Source: an archaeon
GTDB lineage: Archaea > Nanobdellota > Nanobdellia > CSSed11-243R1
NCBI GenBank assembly: GCA_024277205.1
Contig: JAJRVP010000013.1
Coordinates: forward strand, 72,735-136,734
Direction: 5' to 3'
Length of the DNA stretch: 64,000 nucleotides
Shown: positions 40,211 through 50,252 of the stretch, in pieces
How the letters are laid out: the number at the start of each line of letters is the position of its first letter
Numbering within the stretch: position 1 is the stretch's first letter
Made by a program: the position numbers and the translations under genes
The notes under the pieces: model-generated
What the model saw: only the letters and a program-made list of their open reading frames with translations
The model's database searches: none
Told to the model about the DNA's origin: nothing

Positions 40211-41116
40211 ATGAGTAAATTTATAAAAGTTAAACTTCTTATAAGGAGTATGACTTCCTTAGATTGCTATCTCAACAGGGCATTTGGTAAAGGTCCTATT
40301 GGGATATTCAAAAAAATAGCAATTAAAACAATTTCGCGTAGATTTAATACTCCCCAAGAAGATATTCTGTGCGATTTACTTGAAATATATGAAATTGCTA
40401 AAAACTCATCAATTGCAGATAGAAAAACTCAAAGAGATTTAAGTGCAATTAGTAATTTTCTATGGGATGGGATTTCATATTTGTGGAGAAAATCATTATG
40501 GGGAACACCAGAATTTAATAAATTCATGGATGTTATAGATTCTCCATCAAAAGCAGGAACAATTTCTGTAATGAGATGGGATTACCAATATGATGAGGGT
40601 GACTATTGGCAAACTCCAAAAGAAACATATGAAAGAATAAATGCACTAAATCAATTCCAGGGAGATTGCGATGACATTGCTCGTTTTCTTTTATGTGGTT
40701 TAGGAAGGCATGAGGAATATAGTAATAATTCTTACATGTATGTTATGTGGGGGAACGAAACAGGACATGCAACATGTGCTATTGAAGATCAAACAATTAC
40801 AACTATAGGAACTTTTCACAGAATAGAACATTTTACAAAGAATAGAATAAAAGTTGCAGAATATTGGTATCCAAATCTAAAAGGAATAATTGTTTATACA
40901 CAAGATCCATATACTTTTGAATTGAGAAGGGTGCAGTTTGTAGATGTTGGTGCACCCGGATTTGCAGAAAATCCAAATTTTAAAAGCTTAGAGGATTTAA
41001 TTGCGAAAATGCAACATATTGATGAAAATTTTGCAAGAGATGTTTTAAAAACTCTATCTGATGAAGTTGTAGAATCTCTTCAAGAAAGATTAAGAAAAAA
41101 AGGAATTAATATTTAA
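40211..41116 (+). CDS. Transglutaminase-like cysteine peptidase domain protein
   Basis: DYWQTPKET...GDCDDIA...GHATC motif set. Confidence 0.72.
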   Translation: MSKFIKVKLLIRSMTSLDCYLNRAFGKGPIGIFKKIAIKTISRRFNTPQEDILCDLLEIYEIAKNSSIADRKTQRDLSAISNFLWDGISYLWRKSLWGTPEFNKFMDVIDSPSKAGTISVMRWDYQYDEGDYWQTPKETYERINALNQFQGDCDDIARFLLCGLGRHEEYSNNSYMYVMWGNETGHATCAIEDQTITTIGTFHRIEHFTKNRIKVAEYWYPNLKGIIVYTQDPYTFELRRVQFVDVGAPGFAENPNFKSLEDLIAKMQHIDENFARDVLKTLSDEVVESLQERLRKKGINI

Positions 41117-41892
41117 TAGATATCTCTGTATACATTTCCTCTCTCATTTACAATTGAAACAACTCTTACATATTTTTTTAATCCAGAATTGTTTAGTTTT
41201 GTCAATAAAATATCCTCAACCTGAAAAACACCAGCAGCACTACTCATTCTAATTATTATATCAACTGGCTTTTCTTTTCCTTTTTTAATACTTACTTCAT
41301 CAATTGCCATTGCAGAATATTCATGAATATCTCGCCCACCTAGATTAAATGGTATCCTTGCCCTACCTTTTGTCATATCACACCCATCTGCAATAGATAC
41401 TATCCCTGCTTCAACAGAACTAGGTTCAAAATTTGCCATATGGCAAGTAATACCCTCAAGTACTATTGGTAATATCGATATAATCTTTTTTTCATTATCT
41501 CCATAATATCTATAAAGAAATCGCCTTATAATTGGTTGAGCAAGAATTACTGAAAAAATTTCATGATTATCTCGCTCAATTGAAATTCCTATGTCATGCA
41601 AATAAGCAGAAAGCATAATTGCAAGTTTAACATCTTCAAAACTTCCAATTTTTTCTTTGATTATGTTTGGTTTGATTTTTGCAGATAGAAGATTTAAAAT
41701 ATGAAGTGCATCCCGTGTTGCTATTTTTGAATGGGTTTCTCCATGGTCATTTAAACCCATTCTTTTGATTGCAACAGTATTTGCATATTTTATTAAATTT
41801 TTAACTTCAATGTCAGAAATTAATTTTTCATAAATTCTCACTAATTTTTTGCTTTTCAGAAGTTTTTTTATTTCATTATCTAACTCTTCCAT
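41113..41892 (-). CDS. HD-domain phosphohydrolase
   Basis: NDHGETH, YLHDIG, ADGCDMTKGRAR, IHEYSA. Confidence 0.88.
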   Translation of the reverse strand: MEELDNEIKKLLKSKKLVRIYEKLISDIEVKNLIKYANTVAIKRMGLNDHGETHSKIATRDALHILNLLSAKIKPNIIKEKIGSFEDVKLAIMLSAYLHDIGISIERDNHEIFSVILAQPIIRRFLYRYYGDNEKKIISILPIVLEGITCHMANFEPSSVEAGIVSIADGCDMTKGRARIPFNLGGRDIHEYSAMAIDEVSIKKGKEKPVDIIIRMSSAAGVFQVEDILLTKLNNSGLKKYVRVVSIVNERGNVYRDIY

Positions 41893-41954
41893 AGTAATCT
41901 TATGCACTTGGCTAATTAAAAATGTTTTTAAAATAAACAACCCTAAATGGTTTT

Positions 41955-42449
41955 ATGTTTTCACAACTTGCTACAACATTTTTTGAGATTTTATCAGCTC
42001 CAATAAAACACCCCATTTTGTTGTGGGTTTTGATTCCTGTTTATATAAACTGGATAATAAGCGATATCTATCAAGAAAGAAAAGGAACAAAACTTGGAAA
42101 TGCAATTTCAAATGGTTTTGTTGCGCTTTGGGTTGGACTTGATTGGGGAAGGCAGCTCACCTCTCAATTTGTTCTAAGTTCTGAAAGTTTATTTAAAATA
42201 GCTTTAGTGGGCTTTTTCATAATGTATGGCTTGTCAGTCATAATCACTGGTTTGCGAGGAAAAGAAATAGTAAAATATGTTGGACGCATTCGCGAGATAA
42301 CATATGCAATTATCTGTTTAACCCCAATTTTCTATGGGTTTGTCCCACTTAGCATTAACACCATTTTATCAATAATTGTGTTCTTCCCAGTGTTTTACAT
42401 CATTTTCGAAGTAGTTATGAGGGTTACTCCTTCTCCTGAAAATGTTTAA
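41955..42449 (+). CDS. Membrane protein
   Basis: Four to five TM segments; GNAISNG motif. Confidence 0.7.
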   Translation: MFSQLATTFFEILSAPIKHPILLWVLIPVYINWIISDIYQERKGTKLGNAISNGFVALWVGLDWGRQLTSQFVLSSESLFKIALVGFFIMYGLSVIITGLRGKEIVKYVGRIREITYAIICLTPIFYGFVPLSINTILSIIVFFPVFYIIFEVVMRVTPSPENV

Positions 42450-42583
42450 AATGTTCTACCACAAACTAAGCACCTATACGCTTGTGGTGGCGCTCTTCTT
42501 TTAAAAAGCACTTCAGAAAAGGTAGTTGCTTTTGTTTCTTTTAAGTATTCTACATTACTACTTCGGCAAAACAAGCACCTCAT
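42446..42583 (-). CDS. 45-aa zinc-ribbon microprotein
   Basis: Not in the ORF track. MRCLFCRSSNVEY...YRCLVCGRTF has two CxxC knuckles. Confidence 0.65.
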   Translation of the reverse strand: MRCLFCRSSNVEYLKETKATTFSEVLFKRRAPPQAYRCLVCGRTF

Positions 42584-42638
42584 CAAATAATATACTCATT
42601 CAATATTTAAATAGATTTTTAACCACTCCAAGAAAAAG

Positions 42639-43127
42639 TCAGATTTGTTTGTTTCTATATTTTATCCCATATCCAAAATCAATAGATCTAAATCTCCCAC
42701 ATACTAAAACATCAAATGAAATTATTTGGGCATCATGTTCTTTAGCAATTCCTTGCAATCTTTGTTTTAGATGGATGTCAGGTTCATAACCAGGTGATAA
42801 ATAAACAGCAACCAAACTTTCTAAAACATCATTATCAAATAATCTTGGTTCAGAAAGAGCAAGTGCACCCTTTTGAATTTCTTGTTCAATGTGTTCTACC
42901 AAAGCAATTGCGTCCTCAACTCTTAAGTATACTGGTTTTGCAGAAATCATGGGAACATGTGCAATATATGTTTTATTCATTTCATCAGTTGTTGCAACAG
43001 CAACAGGACTTTTTATTTCTAAACAACCATTCGAGAATAAAGCACCACATATAGAAATACCTTCTTGAATTTCTACATCTTTTCCTAGAATCCATCTTGC
43101 CTTATACTTTTTTGTGTATTCATCCAT
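42639..43127 (-). CDS. Hypothetical protein
   Basis: 162-aa ORF, no recognised motif. Confidence 0.55.
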   Translation of the reverse strand: MDEYTKKYKARWILGKDVEIQEGISICGALFSNGCLEIKSPVAVATTDEMNKTYIAHVPMISAKPVYLRVEDAIALVEHIEQEIQKGALALSEPRLFDNDVLESLVAVYLSPGYEPDIHLKQRLQGIAKEHDAQIISFDVLVCGRFRSIDFGYGIKYRNKQI

Positions 43128-43301
43128 AATATCTACTAAAAAGTAATGATTTTTAACCTTTTTTATTGGAAATATTGGAATTACTGGACAACCCCCTGAA
43201 AAATATTAATACACCTGAGGAGTATATATTTATTAGACAGGTGAGGAAAAAAAATACCTCACCTACCTCCTTGGAGAATCAAGGAGTCGGAGGTGATTAT
43301 A

Positions 43302-43424
43302 ATGAAAGGATATTTTTATGATCTTGATGATTGGTTGAAAATTGTTGAGCAAAAAAGAAGAGAATCTCCTTCTGAGGGTGCCCAATGGTGGTTAAGCAGA
43401 ATAAAAGCGCGTTCATCTTCTTGA
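43302..43424 (+). CDS. Putative 40-aa peptide with structured leader
   Basis: GGAGGTGA SD, MKGYFYDLDDWLKIVEQKRRESPSEGAQWWLSRIKARSSS, downstream pyrimidine tract. Confidence 0.55.
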   Translation: MKGYFYDLDDWLKIVEQKRRESPSEGAQWWLSRIKARSSS

Positions 43425-43550
43425 TTTCTACCTTTTTTCAGCCCTCCTCTCTTTTTCTTTTTTATTTTTTCATACATTGTAACTAAAAAATGACAAAATT
43501 ACTCTATTTTTGTATAAACGCATTTAAACCCAAATTTATTTAATAATTCC

Positions 43551-43844
43551 ATGGTAGAAGTAACTGAAGCACTTTTGCTTCCATTAATGGCAATTGCATG
43601 GTTGATATTTGCCTGGTTCTGGAAGCAAGGGGGCTTTAAAACAAAGAACGGATTGAAGTTTATCGCAATTGGAGCAGCATGGCTTTTGTTCTACCACGCC
43701 TTTAATGTATTTGGCGGTGTACTCGCAGGCCAAGGATTTGAAGCCACAATAATGGCTATTGGTCAGTGGGTTGGTGGAACCTTAGCATGGCTATTTGGAT
43801 TCATTGGAGCATTGTACTTAGTCATAGAAAACTTCAAGTTGTAA
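43551..43844 (+). CDS. Small three-TM membrane protein
   Basis: 97-aa hydrophobic ORF with TTTAAA upstream. Confidence 0.7.
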   Translation: MVEVTEALLLPLMAIAWLIFAWFWKQGGFKTKNGLKFIAIGAAWLLFYHAFNVFGGVLAGQGFEATIMAIGQWVGGTLAWLFGFIGALYLVIENFKL

Positions 43845-44589
43845 TTTTTTCCTTTTTTCCTTTTTTATTTTTAATGTATCTCTTCATTATTGGGATTGTA
43901 AACGGGATTATTAACAAAAATGCTAACAAAAATAAACCTATTACCATAGAAAAAAAAGGGTTGTCTAAAATATAAACTCCCAAGTATGTATAAAAAATTG
44001 TGGTTGGGATAAGCCCGAGAAATGTGCCAAGCATGTAATCTTTTAAATCAATATTTGTTAAGCTTACTAAATAACTTGCCAAGCCAAAAGACATCACTGG
44101 AATTGCCCTAAGGACAATTGTCATAATCAATCCTTTTTCTTCAAATAAATCATCAATTAATCCAAAATCTTCTTTTTTAAGCATTTTTGCAACAAAAGGA
44201 CGGCCATACTTTTTTGCCAATAAAAAGCATAGCACTGCACCAATCATACTTCCAAAAATAGATAGGATAGAACCCCACAAAGCCCCAAATATTAGTCCAC
44301 CAGCAATTGTGAATATAAAACCAGGAATTGGTGCAATAACTGCTTGTGAAATCTGTAGTAATATAAAAATAAGTGGTGCTTTTACACCAAAAGAGCTGAC
44401 AAAATTACGTATGTCCTCAACATTTAAAGTAGATAAAAATTTATATGCTCCTTCCAGAGTATCTCCTGATTTAACAATAAATATAGATGTAGTAATCAAA
44501 ATAATTGTTAATACTATTAAAAGAGGATACATATGTTTAACTTCTTTTTTAAACTCTTGTTTAATCTCAGAGATTTTATGTTTTAGCAT
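43834..44589 (-). CDS. TVP38/TMEM64 (DedA/VTT) membrane protein
   Basis: APIPG, GGLIFG, LRAIP, YMLGTFLGLIP. Confidence 0.9.
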   Translation of the reverse strand: MLKHKISEIKQEFKKEVKHMYPLLIVLTIILITTSIFIVKSGDTLEGAYKFLSTLNVEDIRNFVSSFGVKAPLIFILLQISQAVIAPIPGFIFTIAGGLIFGALWGSILSIFGSMIGAVLCFLLAKKYGRPFVAKMLKKEDFGLIDDLFEEKGLIMTIVLRAIPVMSFGLASYLVSLTNIDLKDYMLGTFLGLIPTTIFYTYLGVYILDNPFFSMVIGLFLLAFLLIIPFTIPIMKRYIKNKKGKKEKITT

Positions 44590-44633
44590 TTTATTAGATA
44601 AGAATTAAAAATATATAATTGTTTAGATTCGCT

Positions 44634-45179
44634 ATGGAAATCACAAAGAAGTTTTTTGAAAAAGATGCGGTTTGGGTTGCAAAAAAATTATTAGGCAAAC
44701 TTCTGAAGTTTAAAAAATGCAGTGGCATAATTGTTGAGACAGAAGCATATAAAGATGATCCTGCAAGCCATGCTTACAAACCAACTCCACGTTCAATGCC
44801 ACTTATAGAAAAGTATGGAACTGTTTATGTCTATCTTAATTATGGAATGTATCACTTACTTAATTTTACTTGTGATAAAAAGGGGCCAGGGGGTGTTTTA
44901 ATCCGTGCTGTTGAGCCAATAAAAGGAATAGAGATAATGGAAAAAAGAAGAAAAACAGACAATCTATGCAACTTATGTAATGGTCCTGGAAAACTTTGTC
45001 AAGCATTTGGCATAACAATGAAACAGCACAACAAAGAAGTTGGCAAAGAGATTCATTTATTTGAAATGGGTAAAAAAGTAAAAATTGAAAAATCAAAAAG
45101 AATTGGGATAAGCAAAGGAACAGAATACGAATGGAGATTCTATTTAAAAAATAATCCTTTTGTGAGCAATTTAACTTAA
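44634..45179 (+). CDS. mpg: 3-methyladenine DNA glycosylase (AAG/MPG)
   Basis: IVETEAY, YVYLNYGMY, VLIRAVEP, NGPGKLC, RIGIS. Confidence 0.93.
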   Translation: MEITKKFFEKDAVWVAKKLLGKLLKFKKCSGIIVETEAYKDDPASHAYKPTPRSMPLIEKYGTVYVYLNYGMYHLLNFTCDKKGPGGVLIRAVEPIKGIEIMEKRRKTDNLCNLCNGPGKLCQAFGITMKQHNKEVGKEIHLFEMGKKVKIEKSKRIGISKGTEYEWRFYLKNNPFVSNLT

Positions 45180-45839
45180 AAATCGTTTATCAAACTCTTT
45201 TTTTAACACATTCATGGTTCCATAACCTATTTCTCTATTTCTTGGAAGCAAACACCTCCCTGTTTTGGCTAATGTCATATTAACCGGATTTTGGATAAGC
45301 TCATCTATATTGTCGCAAACATCTGCAATTTCTACAATTGTTGGATGATTCAAAAAATAACCAATATCTCTACCTTTGAGAAGTTGAAAATATAGTTTTG
45401 AAAGGGCTCTAAAACTATTCACATATTTTTGATAATTTCTTTTAATCTTTTTTTTATCTCCTTCCTCCATTACACGCAAAGATTCTTTTGCAGTTCTAAC
45501 AGCATTTTGAATAGTTGGCATATACAACCCATATTTTCTCATCTCTTCATTTTCAATTTCTTCAATAATATAAAAAGTTGAACAAAGAAGTGTCTCAAAT
45601 TCACTCATTTGCATGTCAATTCCAATATCAATGTCATCCTCAATGCAATTTTTGTAAATAAAATATGCTGCAATAAAATTATTTCTCAACACATTTGGTG
45701 GATATGAAGTTGGGGATTTGGAGTAGATTTCATAAATGTATTGCCGAATTTTTTCCCTGCTTTCATTAGGAGCTAGTAAAAATTCAAAAAACCTAACTAA
45801 GTCATTGTGTTCATCTTCTATCTCTGATGATTCAGGCAT
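45171..45839 (-). CDS. Hypothetical protein
   Basis: 222-aa ORF with TTTATAAA upstream. Confidence 0.6.
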   Translation of the reverse strand: MPESSEIEDEHNDLVRFFEFLLAPNESREKIRQYIYEIYSKSPTSYPPNVLRNNFIAAYFIYKNCIEDDIDIGIDMQMSEFETLLCSTFYIIEEIENEEMRKYGLYMPTIQNAVRTAKESLRVMEEGDKKKIKRNYQKYVNSFRALSKLYFQLLKGRDIGYFLNHPTIVEIADVCDNIDELIQNPVNMTLAKTGRCLLPRNREIGYGTMNVLKKEFDKRFLS

Positions 45840-45940
45840 ATCAAAATTAAAAGAATCCTTATTTATAAATCTACTCTTTGGTAGTGAAATATTGTGTTTA
45901 TTTGCAAAATGTTAAAAAGAGTAGAAATCAAGGAATAGTT

Positions 45941-47826
45941 ATGGCTTTAAAAAGAAGATTGACTTTTAAAATGCTCATATTCTTAACTATTAATGCATTA
46001 ATTGGGACTGGCATTTTTTTGCACCTGGGATTGCAGCCTCGATTGCTGGTGTTAATTCATTAATCTCGTGGATTCTTGCAATTGTTGTTTCCATATTGAT
46101 TGCTCTAGTTTTTGCAGAATTAGCAAGCATATACCCAAAAGCAGGTGGTGTATATGAATATTCAAAAAGGGCTTTTGGAAAATCTGTAGGTTTCTTTATT
46201 GGTTGGATTTCTTGGGTTGTTTCAAACATTGTGATTGCCATGCTAGTTGTAGGAAGTTTGGATTATCTTGGTGTATTAACTCCATTGCCTTACTTTGTTA
46301 AGATTATCTCAGCTATTGCATTTGTTTTAATTGTTAATTATATCAGCTTTAAAGGAATAGAGATGAGCGGAAAACTATTGATTGCATTTTCAATGATTAC
46401 AATGAGCGTGCTTATTTTAATTGCTTTTTCTGGAAGCACAGCAATAAATCTTAATAACCTTAGGGGATTAAGTTTTACAAATCTATCATTAGCATTCCCA
46501 ATAATTATTGCAATGTTCTATGCAATTGAAACTTTTTTTGGCTGGGAATCAATTGCTTTTCTTTCAGAAGAAACCAAAAATCCTAAAAAGAACATACCAA
46601 AAGCGCTTTTGATTGGGACTTTGATAATATCCGCATTTGTTATGTTTGTAATTTTTGTGTCTTTGGCAGCAGTGCCCGCATCTGAATTAGGTTCTTCAAG
46701 CTATCCCTTGCTTTTGGTTGCTTCCAAATTCTTTCCAGTAAGTGTTGTAAAAATTATTTCAGTTCTTGCAGTGCTAACTATAATGGGTGGTGCAGCATCT
46801 TGGATAATTACTACACCAAGATTGATTTATGCAATGTCCAAAGACAAAGTTCTACCTGAAAGTTTTAGTCGAGTTCATCAAAAATATAAGACACCTTATA
46901 CAGCAATCATGCTTCAAGCAGCTATTACATTATTAGTAATTGTTTCAGGTTCTTACAAATTTTTGCTTGATGTGGCATTACCCCTTGCTATAGTAATGTA
47001 TGCAATTGTGATATTGAGTATACCAAAACTAAGAAAAGAACACCCAAAGTTAAAAAGAACATTCAAGGTTCCATTCCCAATTATTATTCCAACCGCACTT
47101 GTTATACTATTATTTGGTGCAATGGCAATCTCAACTACTGTTGAGAGTTTAATGTTAGGTTTTGTTTTGGTTTTGCTTGGTTTACCCTTATACATAATTG
47201 CAAGCTTGGGATATCATGAAAAAATAATAAAATTATTCTCGGATTGGCTTGCAGAGGTTAGTTATTGGACAAACAAATTCTTTATTGAAAAAGATATCAT
47301 TGACCACATGCTTAATTATCTAAGTGATGTAACTGTTGAAAAAGTTCTTGATTTGGGTTGTGGTGTTGGAGTTGTAACAAACAAAATAGCAAAAGAAGTT
47401 ATTCCACCACACGGAAAGGTATATGGAATTGATTTTTCAAAGAGAGTATTAAAAATTGCAAAAAAGATTTCCGAGTCTAGGGATGTTAAAAATGTAGAGT
47501 TCATACACGAAAACTTTTACAATTTAAGCAAAAACAGAAACATAAACAAAAAATTAAGAAAACTTGACGCAGTTGTGGGAGTTGGCGTTCTTGGATACAT
47601 AAACAGACTTGATTTTATTCTTAATGAAATCAAAAAAAGATTAAGGAAAAAAGGCAAAATTTATTTTGTAGATTATGATTATCCCGGGCATTTGCTTGAT
47701 AAGCCATTGATTGAGGATAATAAAGAAATCTATAAATTGTTTGAAAAGCATGGATTTAAAATAAGGATTTGGAGACAGAAAAAACTTTTTTGGACATATG
47801 TACATATATACGGCGAGAGGATATAG
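45941..47826 (+). CDS. APC amino-acid permease fused to class I SAM methyltransferase; frameshifted at T7 run 46014-46020
   Basis: MALKRRL...LIGTGIF in one frame continues as APGIAASIAG...AELASIYPKAGG in another; GWE...SEETKNP; C-terminal VLDLGCGVG. Confidence 0.82.
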
Positions 47827-47884
47827 TAAAATTTATAAAGATTTATCACCACTTTTAAGTTATACCATATAAAGGGGTGAAAAA

Positions 47885-48175
47885 ATGATAAAAAGATTGA
47901 CGTTGCGGATTTCTAATGATGAAATCAGTGCGCTTGAGGAAATAGCCAAAGAGGAAGGTTTAATCAGAGACAATGGAAAAATAAATTATTCCAAGGTAAT
48001 AAGACATGTTATCATAGAGTATTATAAAGGCAAAGATACACACCAACTTAAAATTCCAGACTCAATAACAGATTATATAAAAGGGATTGTAGAGGATGGA
48101 ACGGCGGTAGATTACAATGATGCAGCATTGCTTCTAATGAGATACGGCATAGAAAGGATGGAAGAAAAGTATTAA
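47885..48175 (+). CDS. Ribbon-helix-helix (CopG-like) DNA-binding protein
   Basis: KRLTLRIS strand followed by helices and YSKVIR; GGGGTGA SD. Confidence 0.6.
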   Translation: MIKRLTLRISNDEISALEEIAKEEGLIRDNGKINYSKVIRHVIIEYYKGKDTHQLKIPDSITDYIKGIVEDGTAVDYNDAALLLMRYGIERMEEKY

Positions 48176-49945
48176 TTAAGAGTAGTAGTATTCTCCTTTT
48201 TGTTTTTGTTCTCTATCCTTTACTGAGCCAAGTTTATTTATTCTTGGGCGTTTTGTTTGTCCATCGCGACGCATTGTTATATTAACCTCTTTAAGAAAAG
48301 TGTTCATTCCATCTTTCATTGAAATTGGTCCAATTGTTTCACCTCTTTTTGAAGGTTCACCTTTAAAAACAATTAATCTTTCAGAGATGTAATCTAAAAA
48401 TAAAATATCATGGTCAATAACAATTGCGGATGAATTTTTCTTTTTAACAATCTCCCTAATTGTTTTTGCAATTAAAAGACGCTGTTCAACATCTAAATGA
48501 GCAGAGGGTTCATCCAAAAGATAAACATCAGCATCTCTTGACAAACATGTAGCAATTGCAACTCTCTGAAGTTCTCCACCACTCAACTCATTTACTTTCT
48601 TATTAAGAAGATAGTCAATTTGTAAGGGTTTTATTATTTCAATTCTATAAGAATCAGTACCAAATTCTTTTGTAACAGATTGCAATGTTTCTGCAACAGT
48701 CAAGTCAGATTCTGCTTTAATGTACTGTGGCTTATAGGAAATTTTAATTTTTTTATCAATGCTCCCAGAATCCGGTTTTATTTCTCCTGCTAAAATTCTT
48801 GCAAAGGTTGTTTTTCCAGTTCCATTCTCTCCTAAAATACCAACGATTTCATTAACATAGATTTCTCCTTTAGAAACATAAAGCTCAAAATCTCCAAGTT
48901 TCTTTTTTAGTTCTTGCCATTTTGTTAATACAGGCGCAACTTGTTTTTTTTGTGGTGGGTGTACTTCAAATTGGATTGGATAATCTCTAAATCTTATGTT
49001 CTCATCTTTAAGATAACCAGAAAGATAAGTATTAATCCCATTTCTTGAAGACATTGGATGAGAAACAACACCATAAACACCACGCTTACCAAACATAATG
49101 TGCAATAAATCAGAGACATAATCCAAAACAATTAAATCGTGTTCAATTACATTTATGCTTGTTTCTTCATTAACAAGTTCATAAATTATTTCTGCAACAT
49201 TTAATCTTTGTTTTATATCCAAGTATGAAGAGGGCTCGTCAAAAAACATTACATTGGCACCCTTTAGTATTGTTGCTGCAATTGCAACTCTTTGAAGTTC
49301 TCCGCCAGAAATGTTTTTTATATCCCTACCCAATATTTGGAATATGCCTAACTTTTTAGTTAGTTCTTCAATTTTACCAATCTTATCAACTTTTTCAAGA
49401 AGTTCTCTAACTTTTCCATTGAATTCATTTGGAATTGCATCAACATATTGGGGCTTAACTGCAAGTTTTATTTCATTATTAAAAAGTTTCTCAAAATAAG
49501 CTTGTGCTTCTGTGCCTCTAAAAAATTTTAAAATTTCTTTTTTATCTGGACGTTCGTCAGGATTTCCAAGATTTGGATAAGTAATGCCAGCAAGAATAGA
49601 AATAGCTGTTGTTTTACCAATTCCATTCGGACCTAAAATACCAACAACTTTTCCAAAATGAGGTACAATTGTTCTGAAAAGTTTAAATCCGTTTTCAGAA
49701 TACCTATGAAGTGCTTGTGATTTTAATTCTTCTGGGAGATTAATAACATGAATACATTTTGCAGGACATTTTTTTACACAAATTCCACAAGCAATGCATA
49801 AATCTTCTGAGATTATTGGTTTTTCATCTTTACCAATTGTTATGCATTCTTTGCCAGCTCTAACAATCGGGCATACTTTCATGCAAAGATGGCTACAATT
49901 CTCAGGTGCAATACATTCGCTTTTTTTAATTACTGCAATTTTCAT
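48176..49945 (-). CDS. rli: Ribosome recycling ATPase ABCE1/RLI
   Basis: N-terminal Fe-S Cys cluster; two ABC domains with SGGELQR. Confidence 0.96.
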   Translation of the reverse strand: MKIAVIKKSECIAPENCSHLCMKVCPIVRAGKECITIGKDEKPIISEDLCIACGICVKKCPAKCIHVINLPEELKSQALHRYSENGFKLFRTIVPHFGKVVGILGPNGIGKTTAISILAGITYPNLGNPDERPDKKEILKFFRGTEAQAYFEKLFNNEIKLAVKPQYVDAIPNEFNGKVRELLEKVDKIGKIEELTKKLGIFQILGRDIKNISGGELQRVAIAATILKGANVMFFDEPSSYLDIKQRLNVAEIIYELVNEETSINVIEHDLIVLDYVSDLLHIMFGKRGVYGVVSHPMSSRNGINTYLSGYLKDENIRFRDYPIQFEVHPPQKKQVAPVLTKWQELKKKLGDFELYVSKGEIYVNEIVGILGENGTGKTTFARILAGEIKPDSGSIDKKIKISYKPQYIKAESDLTVAETLQSVTKEFGTDSYRIEIIKPLQIDYLLNKKVNELSGGELQRVAIATCLSRDADVYLLDEPSAHLDVEQRLLIAKTIREIVKKKNSSAIVIDHDILFLDYISERLIVFKGEPSKRGETIGPISMKDGMNTFLKEVNITMRRDGQTKRPRINKLGSVKDREQKQKGEYYYS

Positions 49946-50005
49946 GAAAAAAAGAAGAAATTAATCATTTTTTAAAGCTTGCTTATTTGGCTTTCTTTTG
50001 GCATA

Positions 50006-50170
50006 TTAAAAATCTGTGAGAATTAGTTTTAATTCCTTATTAAGATAATTTTTAACTACTTTTTTAAAATCCCATTTCTTGCCAATTATCTTTGTTCTCT
50101 TCTTAAGTTTACTAAAGTCCCAACCAATTACAGAACCAACCCTTTCGTACAATTGTTTGTAGTTTGTCAT
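50006..50170 (-). pseudogene. Truncated remnant of a SAM methyltransferase N-terminus
   Basis: MTNYKQLYERVGSVIGWDFSKL...KWDF..VVKNYL resembles the N-terminus of GWDFS-type methyltransferases but stops before motif I. Confidence 0.5.
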
Positions 50171-50252
50171 ATCATAGGGTATTTTTTCATGGTTTATAAA
50201 TTTGCTTAACTCTTCCTAAATATTTAATAAATCCTCTGTTCTAAAAAAGTAT

